Source: Bigelowiella natans CCMP2755 | Taxonomy: Eukaryota > Protista > Cercozoa | Assembly: GCA_000320545.1 (NCBI GenBank) | Contig: ADNK01002763.1 | Span: 1-59,246 of the forward strand | Direction: 5' to 3' | DNA: 59,246 bases | In this document: positions 36,671-49,500 of the stretch, piece by piece | Numbering within the stretch: position 1 is the first letter of the stretch | Layout: every line of letters begins with the position of its first letter | Notes under the pieces: model-generated | What the model saw: the letters and a program-made list of their open reading frames with translations, nothing else | The model's database searches: none | Told to the model about the DNA's origin: nothing | Position numbers and translations under genes: made by a program

Positions 36671-39600
36671 GAGGAGAGGCCAAGAGCGAGTGGGAGAACC
36701 AGAAAATGCACGTTGCAACGTTGCGCACACGTGGAGACCCGTTGTGTGCAGTTGAAGTGTGGTCAAAGTCCGTGCCAGTCTGTGCCAGTGTGATTTTTTT
36801 CGTGACAGACGACGTTCAATGGTGCCATGACAGTTTGTTGATGGAACACTTTCGTTTTTCAGGTGGAACTTGGATGGCAGTTCCAACGTCTCAACAGATT
36901 CAGAGCCCCTCGGCAAAGCTTCGAAAGTGATGAAAATTGTTTGCAACTCAACCGTGTGCAACAATGACAACGATGGAGTGTGATGTGCAAACACAGGTGC
37001 ACGCTGGCATGCTTTGCTTTGCACCCACTTGTCAAGCAGCTTGCTGCTCACGTCGAACACGCGTGCACGCTGGCAAGCGTCCACGTGCTTCGTCTCTCAT
37101 GACAGACATGCAATGCATTGTGTGCGTGATGTGCACACTGTGTTGCTGTGTCATTGTGTGCACAGTGCATGTGCTGCATTTCTGTGTCCATCATTCTCTC
37201 ACTTTGGTGAAGGATCGGAGGTGTGGTGGTCGACACCTCTTGCTGGCTGGCTTGTTGCTGCGGTTCGTCGCCGTGCACGCACACGATGTGTGTCGGCCCT
37301 TTGAAAGCGTGCAAGTGCGATGCGTGCGACGCGCGTGTCCACCCACCCAGCCACGCTTGCGTGCGAGTGCAACTCAACTGCACGCTCACCCAGAGCCAGC
37401 TGGCCAGCCGCCGCGGAGCGATGCGAAGCCAGTGCAGTGTGCCAGTGTGCACCGCGCCAAGGCGGCAGACAGGACTGCACGACAACACCAGAGATCGCTT
37501 GCTTGCTGGCTTGGCGAACGGCGATGCTTGCTTTGTGGACGAGAACCAGAGAAGTGCAAACCCAGAAACGTCGGAACAGTTCCGTTGAACGAGAGAAGCG
37601 CATCGTGCGTGCTGTGCCCACAAGTGGGCAATCGCGCAGTTCAAGTTGCTCCATCGTCTGCCTGCGCGGCCGGTCGTCTCGCGTTGCCCCAAGTTCGGTC
37701 GCGCAACGCTGGAACGGCGCAAACGTGTTTCAGCGCGCACGATGGCAACCATCCGCGATGGCACGCACTTGCCACCAGTTGCTGTTTTTTTGCCCTGCCA
37801 GTCCGGTGTTGCAAACGAAGCAAGCAGCTGCTCGGTCCAGCAGTGCTTGCCAACATTGCTGGACTGCTTTGGCGAGCCAGCGAGGTGTCATCGAACCACG
37901 TTGACGCCACACTCTCCACGAACGTGCAACGTCAAAGTGTTTTTTGGTCGGCCACAGGCCGGGTGGTCGGAGTTGCGAGGTGCCAAAACACTCCAAACGT
38001 TCCAGCGTTCCCACGTTCGCCAACGTTGATCTTTGAACTTCGTGAAACCCGAACAACTCACACAGCAATTTCTCAGTGCTTCCTGCACCTCTGTTGGCTC
38101 ACAAACGTGGGTCTCTGAGGACATGCTTGCCACTCAAAAACGCGTGCATCGCCCACGGAAGCGGAGCCAAACTCTCGCATCGACTCGGTGTGCAGCCGCA
38201 CCCCCTCCACCCTCCTCGCAAACCTCCCGAGAAAAAGCATGCGGTCACCCGATGTGCTCGAAGTCAGGTGCAGCAGCTCCCTTGTTCGCTGCACCCTTGC
38301 ACTTTCCAGCTTTTTTCACCACTTTTCCACAGTGTGCACGGTGACGCCGCGCTGCTGGACGAATCCCTGCATCGCTGCTCGTCGCAACTTCGTGGACGGG
38401 AAGGCACGTGACCTTTCACGTGACCTCCTCTGGTCCTCTTTGTGTCCACACCAACGTGGACCCACAACGCAGGCAGTTTTTCCGCTCCCCTGAGTGAACG
38501 TCGCCTGCTTGCAGCACTTTTGTTCGTTTCCGCCAGAGCCTTCCGCTTCCGGATCTTCTCCTGAACTTGTCGCACCTCCTCATCGACAAACCTTTCCGTG
38601 GAGTCGCGTGCCACGCTCGGGCCAACCAGCCAAGGTTGTGGTTGCGTTTGTCCTGCGATTGTCTCCGACCCACGTTCGTTCGATCAATGATGAGGAGACC
38701 TTCTTTGGACACGTGCCTGACTTTCATCAGTCTTTTCAGCCACGTGCTCTCGCTGAGAAACTTGACACCTTCGATGTGCACGTGGGTGCGTGTGTTCGTG
38801 TGTTCGTGTGCACGCTGTTGTCCAACAGCACGCGCGACTTTTGTCACACCAGTGCAGCGCAGTCTGGCAGTGCACGCTTGGCGAACGCGCGTGTGCTTTT
38901 GGTGCACCGTCCGTGCAAAAAAAAACACCCAACGGACGAAAGGGTTGCCTGTTTGCACGAAAGAGCCCACGGAACGCACCCCACGTCCAACCCCAGCAAC
39001 GTGCACCACGCCGTTGACCAGGGAGTTTGTGTTGTTTGAGCCGCAGGAGACCCGAACAGAACAGCGACCTGGCACTCTGCCCGCAGTGCCGTGTGCTTTG
39101 CCACCACGCTGGCACGACAAGCTCCTGACTTTGCCAGGTCCGCCACTTCGTTCGGGCATCCGCGGTTTTGCCCTTCGCAATTTCGACGTTTGTGGCATCA
39201 AACGTTCTTGCGATGACCAAGCAAGTGGGGAGACCGTGTTCGTCCCCACTCCCTGGCTCCGCTGGTGGACACCACGAAGAGCAAGGCGACCGTCGGCAAG
39301 GCGGTGCCGACGTGGGTCACCGCTCACATTGCTGCCAATCTGAACGCTGACGGGGGAATTGATCCCATTGCAACGATGCACAAAAGCCCTCGTCTGGCAA
39401 CAACCGATGCTCTGGAACCCACCGGCACCCACCGGCACTCCCCCAAGCACGTGCACGCACGCGGGAAGCCGGTTCGGGTCTGGCTCCTCCTCAAGTCTGT
39501 CGATCACGAAGAGCTGTTTCAGCTGGACTTCGCGGAGGCAGCCATCCCTTCTCACGTGCAGGAAAGGGACGAGCTGTGCACCTCCAGTGCACTGGAGAAC

Positions 39601-40350
39601 AGGCGCGGTGTTTTCCTGCGATGGAGACCGACCACAGGTGCAAGCGGTCTCCTCGCCGGAGCTCCGTCGACTTCATCGCTGGATCGGGAGGAGAACACAA
39701 CGGTGATGAAACGTTCTCCTTCCCGGAGTGGGGTTGAGCAGCCGAACGATCGTGGGTCGGGACGTCGCACGATTCATCGGCTGCTCAAGCAAGAGCAAGC
39801 TGGCAAGAAACGACGTTTCAATCGTTTCAACGAGAACACCAGGAGCCTGCCGGAAGGGCTGGAGCTGGAGGGGTCTCCCGCAGCCTCAAGGTGTTCAGGG
39901 AGTGGTGCTCCCTAGCTCCCCCCACGTCAAATCGGTCAGCACCAATGACCAAGAAGGTGAAAATTCTCTTCGACGTGCTGAACGACTTGTCGCAGACGTT
40001 GCCCCAGGCGTTCACCCCTCGCCATCACCAAGTCGTTCAGGCTCTCTGGCACGAGGCCATGCGATTCCCAACGCATCTTCTCAGAGATGCCTAGCTGGGA
40101 ATGCATGAGCCTCGAGCTGCACGACTCACGAGTACGTCACAGCGCCTCAACAAAAATCATTGCGAGGATCGAAAGGTGAAAAGGAAGCATTGGGATGCAC
40201 ACCCCCCCAAAAGTGCAATTCAAGACACAGAGGCTTTTTCCACTGCGACATCTCAGAATTGTGGTCTCAGTCCAAAAATTTGCAATTGAAAAACAACGAC
40301 GATTTCACACTGCGACAACATCAAAAGCTTGTCTCAGAAACTTGAACCTG
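36671..40350. mobile_element. unidentified GC-richer, microsatellite-free insert (TpA-depleted tract 2); probable dead mobile or viral element
   Basis: Zero TA in 36671-39912; the next TAs are CTAG (39913, ~40093). Composition is sharply unlike the flanking genes. No recognisable transposase/RT motif, TIR or TSD was found, so mobile identity is inferred. Confidence 0.5.
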
Positions 40351-40547
40351 GGAGAAAGAGAGACGAGGCACAACAATGGCGAATGAGATGGATCCGAACG
40401 CCATCGGAACTATGGTGAACAGAATTTAGAGGATTCACATTCGACGCGCTGGTGGTGTGGAAATGTTGCATTCAGCTGTGGTGATCTGGCATGTGTGCCG
40501 TCGCCCAGTTTCACCTCACTCCTCCCTTCCCTTCACATTTTCTACAA

Positions 40548-41300
40548 GATCCAAGGCGCGACCGATGGCTTTGACCTTGGTGCCATGCAGGTAAAAGGAT
40601 TTGAAAAAATTGGAAATTCTCACGCTTGTGAAACATCTAGCAGCAGAGTGTCACTACTGCAAAGCAGAGAAGAGTGGACTCTTCATTTGAGACTTTTCAT
40701 TCAGGAGGAGAACAACAAGGAAATGAAAGCACTGGAGGTTACACATTCAAACCTTTTCATTATGTATTCATAAGCGTGGTAAATATATATCTGTGAGTGT
40801 AGCAATCTACTATGGATAGTTACTATACTAAGATTCTCAGAGGACGAGCGGGTTGGAATGGGGGGGAAAATTACTACAATTTCTGCATGCACACAATTAG
40901 GGAATCTTGGGTGGAGGGAAAGACGACGATGAGAACGACCCGGAACTCCTCAAAGAGCTTCATGCGATGGGATATAAAGAAGAGTGCGTATGCGATGAAT
41001 AACTACAATAAACACCACCCTTTTTTTTGGAAGTTATGCCAACCTATCTAAATCCTAATTATCTGAATGATACTTCCTGTTATCACGTTGACTTTCGAAA
41101 GTGGCGAGGACGACGAAGAAGCAGAACTAATGGCTCTTTGGGAGAATGAGCATGGCAAGCCCAATAATGGCGACAACAAGACAAGTAGTGGCGATGCAGG
41201 CAACAAAGTAAAAACAGAATCCCGAGTAGAAACTAATACAGAAACACCAGCTCTGAATCCGGCTACGACCTCATCTTCTACGACTGCTGCGGTGATATAG
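40548..41300 (+). CDS. hypothetical protein or gene remnant
   Basis: Short exons IQGATDGFDLGAMQ and EENNKEMKALE, and terminal segment ...ESGEDDEEAELMALWENEHGK...; frames are not fully reconciled. Confidence 0.3.
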
Positions 41301-41311
41301 AAAAACAACGA

Positions 41312-41421
41312 ACGCGTTCACGTCACACACGCTCATCAAAATTGATATCCTATGCACATTGCTTGTACGCGTGCACGTCACACACGCTCATTAAAATTGA
41401 TATCCTATGCACATTGCTTGT
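41312..41421. repeat. 55-bp tandem duplication
   Basis: Two copies differing at 2 positions. Confidence 0.9.
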
Positions 41422-42013
41422 TTTTCACTCTTGAGAGTTTATCTCCATCTATTACCTAAAGTAATCAAGAATTGCTTGTTCTTGTGCATCAAAGAAGCAG
41501 TCGACGGACCCCCCTGCTGCAAAACGCGTAAAAACAAAGGAGGAGGAAGGTTAATTAAAAATATTAACTAAATTTTCGAACCGCAGTTACTAATGGGATT
41601 CTCATTCTGGCAAATTGTTTCCTTTTCGGTTTCAAGAGCGACGGAGGGTCTTGCAGCAAGTCAATGTACAGCAATGCTAATTCTCATCACTACTGCTCTC
41701 CTGCTTTTGCTAATGCGATCTTATCAGCTCACCACATGCACATACACGCGAATTAGTACATTTTCTGTTATTTAGTGAATGCACGCTCATTTTGTGTGCT
41801 GTATAGAGGCGCAGAGAGCATCATTTACACTTATGTGTATAGTAATAGATATTTTGCCGCGTCCAAACTAGGAACGATATCAGCTCTACAAACAGATCTG
41901 CCTGGCCGCTAAAAAGGTGGGAAGAAGGCCATTGCCTTTGTGCATGCTGGATTGTCGTAGCAGTAAATCCCGTGTTTAATGATGATGATGATAGTGAGGG
42001 TGATGATGGTGAA

Positions 42014-42048
<35 letters not shown>

Positions 42049-42825
42049 GCTATGGCATAGCCATTATTGTAGATGAGCAGTTATCACGTCGCTTAATAGT
42101 GTACAAATACTTACATATTACACACATAATTGTGGCAGAAAAAAGACCTGAATGCAGCTAGTTTCTACCTGAAACATGTCAAGGCGATATCGGTGGTGAC
42201 AACACAGTCACCAGAAAGAAATAAGAGAGCCTTTGCATGGACGTCACTTCCGAAAACTTTCACATATACAAATTTTCTAAACTATTCATTTTAGCTCGCA
42301 ACTTCCTAAAAAAAACTTTACCAGAAGCTGTTGTTTTTTTATTTACTTTTGCGGTACGTGCGACGAAGGCTATTCGGACAAAAATAGGTAGGAAGTTGGC
42401 CGCATGTTATGAACCTTCCATTTCTCCTGTGAAAGATCGGTTATTTGAGACGAATGATTGTGACGCAACTATGGGCGATGTATTGCTATCTGCGGTCTTT
42501 GTAGAGCTCATATGCGAAATCATTACATTTGCGGTGTTGCAATTATGAACGATCATGTGCGGTGTCGGTTTAAACTCTGGATGATGATGAAACGGTGCTT
42601 CCATCCTTGTCACGTGTGTTTTGCCTTCTTTTCGGGGAGCTAGACGATAGCAAGTTATCGAGCATGAGCGAGCCTGATGGCTTATATTCCGCAATTTTTA
42701 GCCACACAAACATCATCATTTCCATCGCTTGGCCCTCACAATTTCTACGAATATGCCATCGTCTATAATACCGACTGAATACAGGAAATACGGCTGAACG
42801 AGTAGACAGCAGCATTCTTTCGCAG

Positions 42826-45282
42826 CTTCCTCCTAACCCTCCTCCTGCCCCTCCGGTGGCTGTTCCGAAGAAGATGGCAAAGTCTATTGCGAAGACTGTA
42901 AGAAAGAAGAAGGCAGCTGAATCTCGTGCGACATCTTCATCATCATCATCGTCATCGTCGTCGGGTTGGTGTTTCTGCCCTCAATATTGCAGTAGTAGTA
43001 GTAGTAGTAGTAGTAGCAGTAGTAGCAGTAGTAAGTAGTTGCTAGCATTTGTAGTAGTGATGACAGTAGAAGTGGTAGTTGTGGTAGTAGCGGTAGTGAT
43101 GGTTTTAAAAGTCTTTCTTCCTTGCTCCTATGCGCTGTGGGTCTCTCTTTCTCTTCCAACCTCCTTCTCTCCCTCCTCCCCCCCCCCCCCCCCCCTCTCT
43201 CCCCCCTTATCTTTCTCCTTTCGATGCTTTTGTGCTGTTCATAACTTGCAGCGAGGAGGACGCAGCAGCGGAAACAGAGGCGACAGCAGCACCGTAACCC
43301 CCCCCCCGCCCTTCAAAGGCAGAACTCGGCTGAGACGATGACGGCTGTTACACAGGGGGCTTATTTAGAGAAAAGAACAGGGGTGGGGACTTACTACTAC
43401 TATTACTAGTAGTAATAGTAGTAGTACTAATAGTACTAGTAGTACTGGTAGTAGTAGTAGTAGTAGTGGTAGTATTGGTATATCTGGGGCTTCACGTGTC
43501 ACTAAGGATCGGAGATGTCGCACGATGTGTGGTTTGTGTGTGTGTGTATGTGGTTTGTGTGTGTGGTTGTGTGTGTGTGTGTTTGTGTGAGCGACAGGGG
43601 ATAATCGTAAAATCGATTCGAATCCCCCGGCGCGGTGCTGCACACTGATCTCCCAGCGCTCGTACGCATTTGACTTGTTGGGTTTCTCCGGTTATCGAAT
43701 GATGGGGGGGGGGTTCTTTCACGCAGTTTCATCACGCGTCCGTTCGTATATGCGTCCTGGTCACAAACCCTCTTCCTTCTCCTTGCTTTACAGACAGACA
43801 ATGCTAAGCTGAGCGTCAAGCAGAACCTAGACTACGCAACGATGATAGAGAAGGTAAAGGTTGAAGATGCTGCTCTTAGCGTGTGTGGGAGGTTTGGTCG
43901 TTGTTGTATCATGCACCCCGTTGATACGGGGGGGGGGGGGCATGTTGATCTCCACTGCGTGGTCTCCTCCCAAGAGCGATCCCTCCCGCTGCAAACTACC
44001 TATCTACCGCTGTGCTTCCTGAAACGAAATCTAATGAATTAATCATCCTCACGATCGTCGTTATCATCATCATCGTCATCGTCATCGTCATCATCATCGT
44101 CATCATCATCATCACAGTGCCAACGCCAAGCGGAGCAGTTGAGGAACGAGGCGAAGAACTGCTTAGCCAGAAGTGCGAAGGAGAAGTGTTTGTGTGCGGG
44201 GCGGGGGGGGGGAGAGATTTTGTACCATACCTCTCGACTACCAAGCATAACGATGAAGCGTCCAAACCAAGCAATGATGGATAGAGCAATCGGCGCGGTT
44301 TTCCTGCATGATCTCTTCTCTCCTGGATGTCGCATCTTCTGATTTCCCTATCTTACCAAAAGAGAGAGAGAGGCTGCGCTTCCTAGCAGCAATCCGCCGT
44401 AGCATCGGCAGCCCTGATGTTCATTATCCTTAGAGGACCGAGAGATGGCAAGGAAGCTCGTTCAAATGCGAAATCAGGTGGATGAAAATAAAACAAGAAG
44501 CTGTACTAGTTGTAGTAGCATTGTACTAATAAATTCATTACTACTCATTATTATCATCATCATAAACTCCTTTTCCTCCTCCTCCTCCTCCTCCTCCTCC
44601 TCCTCAATATCCTCCTCAATATCCTCCTCAATATCCCCATCAACCTCTTTGCTGCATTATCAAAGTCTTTAAAGGATAGAGATTTGCTCATAACGGCGCA
44701 GCAACGAGGAGCTGCGCCATGCACTTACGAGTACAAGACCTTCAATGTTGGAAAGCTGGTAGTAGTAGTAGTAGTAGTAGCAGCAGCACCACCACCAGCA
44801 GCAGCAGTAGTAGTAGTGTAGTTGTAGTCGTATTAGCAGCGCCTACCTTCTTCTTCATAAATTAGCTGCTTGGTGGCTGCCTCGCAATGGCAGCAGTTAA
44901 GTGTCCTTTCTGCTTTCTATTGTCACCATCCACAGAACTATCATCCTGAGCTTAAACCAGACGACCTGGCCATCACCGTTGTCAATCTGCACACAACCGC
45001 CAACACTGCGAAAACGTACCGCTTCCCTGACACCTACTCACGACATCGCATGTTTCCCCGATGTATTCTTGTCGATTTACGCCGGCATGATGAGAATCTA
45101 CGCTGTTGGGATCTTCGAGATAGAGGCCTTTGCAATGCGTTTTTTAATCCGATTCGTATTCATTGCAGTAGGGAAGAATGCTTTCCTTTTTTTCTTCTTT
45201 CTCTCGTTGCAGCGAAATGTAGCGTAACGGCGCATGTTTGTGTGGGTGTGTTCTGCGCCTTTTTTGTGATTTGTGTGTGTTT

Positions 45283-45319
<37 letters not shown>

Positions 45320-45429
45320 ATTTGGAAATTGCGTAATTTGGCAATTTGTTCTTCTTTATTGTCTCAATTGTTCCGTTATTCTTTTGGTCTTCTGTCTTTT
45401 CAACACAATAAAATACAATATAATATGCA

Positions 45430-45466
<37 letters not shown>

Positions 45467-45801
45467 GTGTGTGTGTGTTTGTGTGTGTGTGTTTGGTACA
45501 TATCTAAGAGAGTAATTTTGCTTTCATATGCTAATAACTCATCATAACTATCATTCCTATCTCTATCTCCCCCCACTCCGCACCCTTTTTGACTCCTTGT
45601 TTGAAGAGGGTTTACTGTGTTTTCCCCCTGACTGACGTGCTGTTGATATACCATTCTCCATGCCCACTCGTCGCAGGGGGCACAGCTTATTCCTCAAGTA
45701 TGAGATCAACATCCCAAAGCCAGGTTATTACTCTTCGTCTGTGATCGAAAATCTATCCAACTGGGATTGAAAATGGATATTTTTGTGTGTGTATATGTGT
45801 G

Positions 45802-45834
<33 letters not shown>

Positions 45835-46900
45835 CTAAATCATATAAATGGGAACGAAAACATGTTATTCAGCAGTTATTGCTGTACTGGGATGACACTA
45901 ATGATACACTATATATTTTATTATATATAAATATATATATCATTAGGTGAAACAGGAGCGCAGAAGCGAACTACAAGCACTGTGACGGTTAGTGAGCTCT
46001 GCCTCGTGAATGAGCAATCGATATTAGCCAGGCTATTCTCGTGGATAAAACACCATCTATCGTTGTAGCCAATTTGATTTTATTGAAAAGACAAATAAAT
46101 TTAAATACGCATCGATACAAAAGGTGTGGGGATTTTATATCTCTCCTCCTCTCCTCCTCCCCTGTCCCACGTTGTCGTTTCTATTTTCCTCCTCCTATCA
46201 TCACTGAATGGTCAAAACCTGCGCCTAAACCCAAGAAACAGCCTAAAAAACAACGGGTAGGTCATTAGTAGTAGTAGTAGTGTAGTAGTAGTAGTCGTGG
46301 TGGTGGTGATGGGGAAGCTTATATCGTTAGCAGCATTGTGTGCATCACCATCATCATTATCATCATCATCATCATCATTATCATCATCATCATCCGTAGC
46401 ACACCCTTGATTGGCTGCTATATGCACCCGTTGCGAAGAACAAGCTGCTATCTTGCTGCTAAATGTGTGCATCGTCGTCACCACACACACGCGCACACAC
46501 ACACACACCTGCTTGACGTGGTAACTTCATCAGCCTCTGCCCCCTGGAATCAAGATGAGCGATGTCACCAACCCTAACGATATCACGAGGTCTCTTTCTC
46601 CAACTGCATAGAAGATAGTAACGAAGACAAAAACGGAGCAGCAGCAGCCATTTTGCTACAACGCGCCCATCACCCAACACTCTCCCCACATGCAAAGCAG
46701 CTCGAATTGTGTTTGAAATGCTACCTCTGCCAGATTTAAGTCCTTCGATGCGCTGGAAGCTGAGATAAAGGTGGCTTGGCGAATCCACAATTTTGTGCAG
46801 CATTGGGAGAAGGGAATTGTGTTTTATTATTACATGCCCCTTGCTGTATCTAAGTACCACACAGCACGCATAGTATAAAGTGGTAGCATATAAATATATT

Positions 46901-46937
<37 letters not shown>

Positions 46938-47775
46938 TTATATGTATATATATTTCGATTAACATTCATAGGCCCTTACTGCAAAGCTTGGGAGGTATGA
47001 CACCAGCACACATCTCAAAAGAGAAGGAGGGGGGGGGGGAGAGAGAGATGGTGTTACGACAACTATGACTTGGATGAATTACTCCTCGATCACACTGTCG
47101 GAGATAACCGATGATAGTGCCTTGCAAGCCCTACCCTTTCTGTGAAGCGTGGCAAAAAAACACCGGCAAAAGATTGAATCCTTCCCTCGATATTTAATAT
47201 TTACGCAGTGCTAGTCGCAACTGCTTTAAGTTCATACATATACCCCAAAACCTCCAACCGGCGCTCTTACGATGACTTCATTAACATGCGAAGCGGAGCA
47301 GCTTCTATTCTTTCTGTTGTTGCTATAACAGTTGTTCCGCGATGTTTTTCTCACTTTTGCTGTGTGTTCAAATGGTGCATGCTGTCGTTGTCACCCCCCT
47401 CCCCCCCATCGCTAGAGCGCCAACAGCACAGCTGAAATCCAGAAAGGACCTAGCGGAGCATATACGAGACGTCATGATAGCGGCGGTACGTGTCGTTATT
47501 ACTACTTCGCTCGAAAGATTCTCCGCTGACGATCCGTTGTTTCTAAATTCCCCCCCCCAATATAGTAGCAGTAGTAGTAGTAGCGTGTGTGTGTGTGTGT
47601 GTGCTTGCGAACAATGTGCGGCGAATCCGGTGAGGTTCATTTACGTGCAGCAAATCGTTAGTGATAGTCGGGTTCTTCGATGCAAAACTCAGGTCCAACA
47701 AGAGCAAATGAGCATGGAAGACTATCTGGACCTCCTTAGGGTTCCTTCGGCGAACTTATAACAACTTTAGCAATC

Positions 47776-47821
<46 letters not shown>

Positions 47822-48493
47822 TGTTTCTCTTTCTATTTCTCTGTCTCTCAGTTTTCCTTTTTTTGAATACGTTTAAATGTTAATCTTCCTCTCTCTCTCT
47901 CTCTCCGTTAATAGCATGATCATCACATCAAAACCACCATCCAACAGCATCCGTTTTTCCTCCTGCTCGATCCACTTTCCGAGTCCATTACACCCAACAT
48001 CTTCACTCCACTTACAGATAACGATCGACACCGACACTAAGCTAGCGAAAGAGGTCGCGCGCAGTGAGCAACGTTTACCACAGATGAAGTATCTGTTGTT
48101 TCTGCTGCTTTTTCAGATGAGCAGAGATGAATTCTGATGGTGCAGCTGATTACTCGGACCATGACGTCTCAGTTCCCATTTTTACAATCCTTTCTTTCCT
48201 CTTGTCTCCTTCTTGCAGGTTTCGGCGAGGCGTGGAGACGAAGGCAAACTGGATTACCAGCAGCTAATAGCCAGGGTATTATCATGAGAATCACTCGAAT
48301 GTTAAAGCTGAAACAGTGCGGGGAAAGGAGAAGAGGAGGGAGGGGGGACTGGTGTTCAGGATTTTGCTCGAAGTCGCGAGTCAAGTTCGGTGATTTGTGT
48401 GAGGCACAGCGTGTTTTGAGATCAGCAGCATTTTATGCATTTGTCATGCTGATGCTGTTTATTTTGCTTCTTCCTCGTTTCCTCTTTCTTCTC

Positions 48494-48543
<50 letters not shown>

Positions 48544-48617
48544 CCTCCTTCCAACAGATTAAGATCATGAAGGCAGAGTTGTCGAATGCAGAAGCGTCCT
48601 TAGCGGGGCAGGACTAG
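42826..48617 (+). CDS. CC2D1/Lethal giant discs-like protein (C2-domain region and C-terminal helical region); multi-exon, start unresolved
   Basis: DRDLLITAQQRGAAPCTYEYKTFNV..NYHPELKPDDLAITVVNLH resembles the CC2D1 pre-C2/C2 start. C-terminal TQVQQEQMSMEDYLDLLR, DTKLAKE, EAQRVLR and IKIMKAEL match the CC2D1-type tail. Assignment is from recall of the family. Confidence 0.6.
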
Positions 48618-48699
48618 AAACTGAGTGAGAAAACACATTAACGAAGAAATGTCTCGATCGGAGCGCGTATGTCGGCTACTGGACCCGATAATGCAGTCG

Positions 48700-49500
48700 G
48701 TTGTCACCTAGCCATGCTAGCATGCGACAAGTTATATACATATGAGACGGGTGTAATGAAGGCATTAAATCTTCTCAATGGTCATCCTGATGTAGCTATG
48801 CAAATAAGCAGCGCGCGGTTTCAGCGCTCATAGGCTGTGTCCATTTGAAGTTACACGTTGACGATTCACAAAAGTAACCCATCCACCAGCTACCAGCTCT
48901 GCTTCTCTAGCTAGCTAGTCGAGTCGATGTTGCTATGCCTGCATTCCAACGACCTAGCAACGCTTGCGATTCGCAATTGCTTTGCATTTTTTGGCAAGCA
49001 CGCACACATATGCAACATGCAACTTTGCAGAATCATGCTCTTGACTTGCAAACGTGGCCGGTTGATGATTGAAATGTAGTTTGATCGAGTAGCTAACATA
49101 GCATGGTCTAATAGCGCCGTCTCTAACTAGCTTTTTCACCTTGCTATCTTGTCAGAATCATTACAAAACTCATTGCAATGAACACACACGTTTCTAGGTT
49201 TTACTTCTGTCACGCCGAACCAAAAAAATGTTGATTTTCTGTGGGGTTATTACGTGCATCTAGTCCATAGTAATAGCCAGTTACAGCTAAAGAGATAGCT
49301 AACATTGCGCACAATTGCTTGCATATGCGAAACCCCGCCAGTCGTCTGCTCCACGTGAATTACAGTCATGCATGTGCGATGCACAGACAAGATTCCTACG
49401 TTGTTTGTGCGAAACTGGCGGGTAACCACTGCAGCATGCGTGACGCTGTCATGCATTATACATTGCTGCGATAGAATGGAATGCATGGCAATCTAGCAAT
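48700..49500. other. weaker CTAG/CATG/TGCA-rich intergenic island
   Basis: About 10 CTAG, including (CTAG)3 at ~48907 and CATGCTAGCATG at 48713. Many ordinary TA remain. Confidence 0.55.

Noticed and set aside
36937-40108. Dense overlapping ORFs in all six frames (also at 5447-8190), suggesting overlapping genes or Cys/His-rich metal-binding proteins
   Set aside because: Artefact of TA loss: TAA/TAG stops and Tyr codons are impossible without TA, so all frames stay open and gain Cys/His.
36860-40350. CAGGT...ACCTG as terminal inverted repeats of the tract 2 insert
   Set aside because: The match is only about 5 bp plus scattered identities, with no target-site duplication.
15122-41421. Short direct repeats (11, 40 and 55 bp) as CRISPR-like arrays
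   Set aside because: They are head-to-tail copies without unique spacers, there are no cas genes, and the context is eukaryotic.
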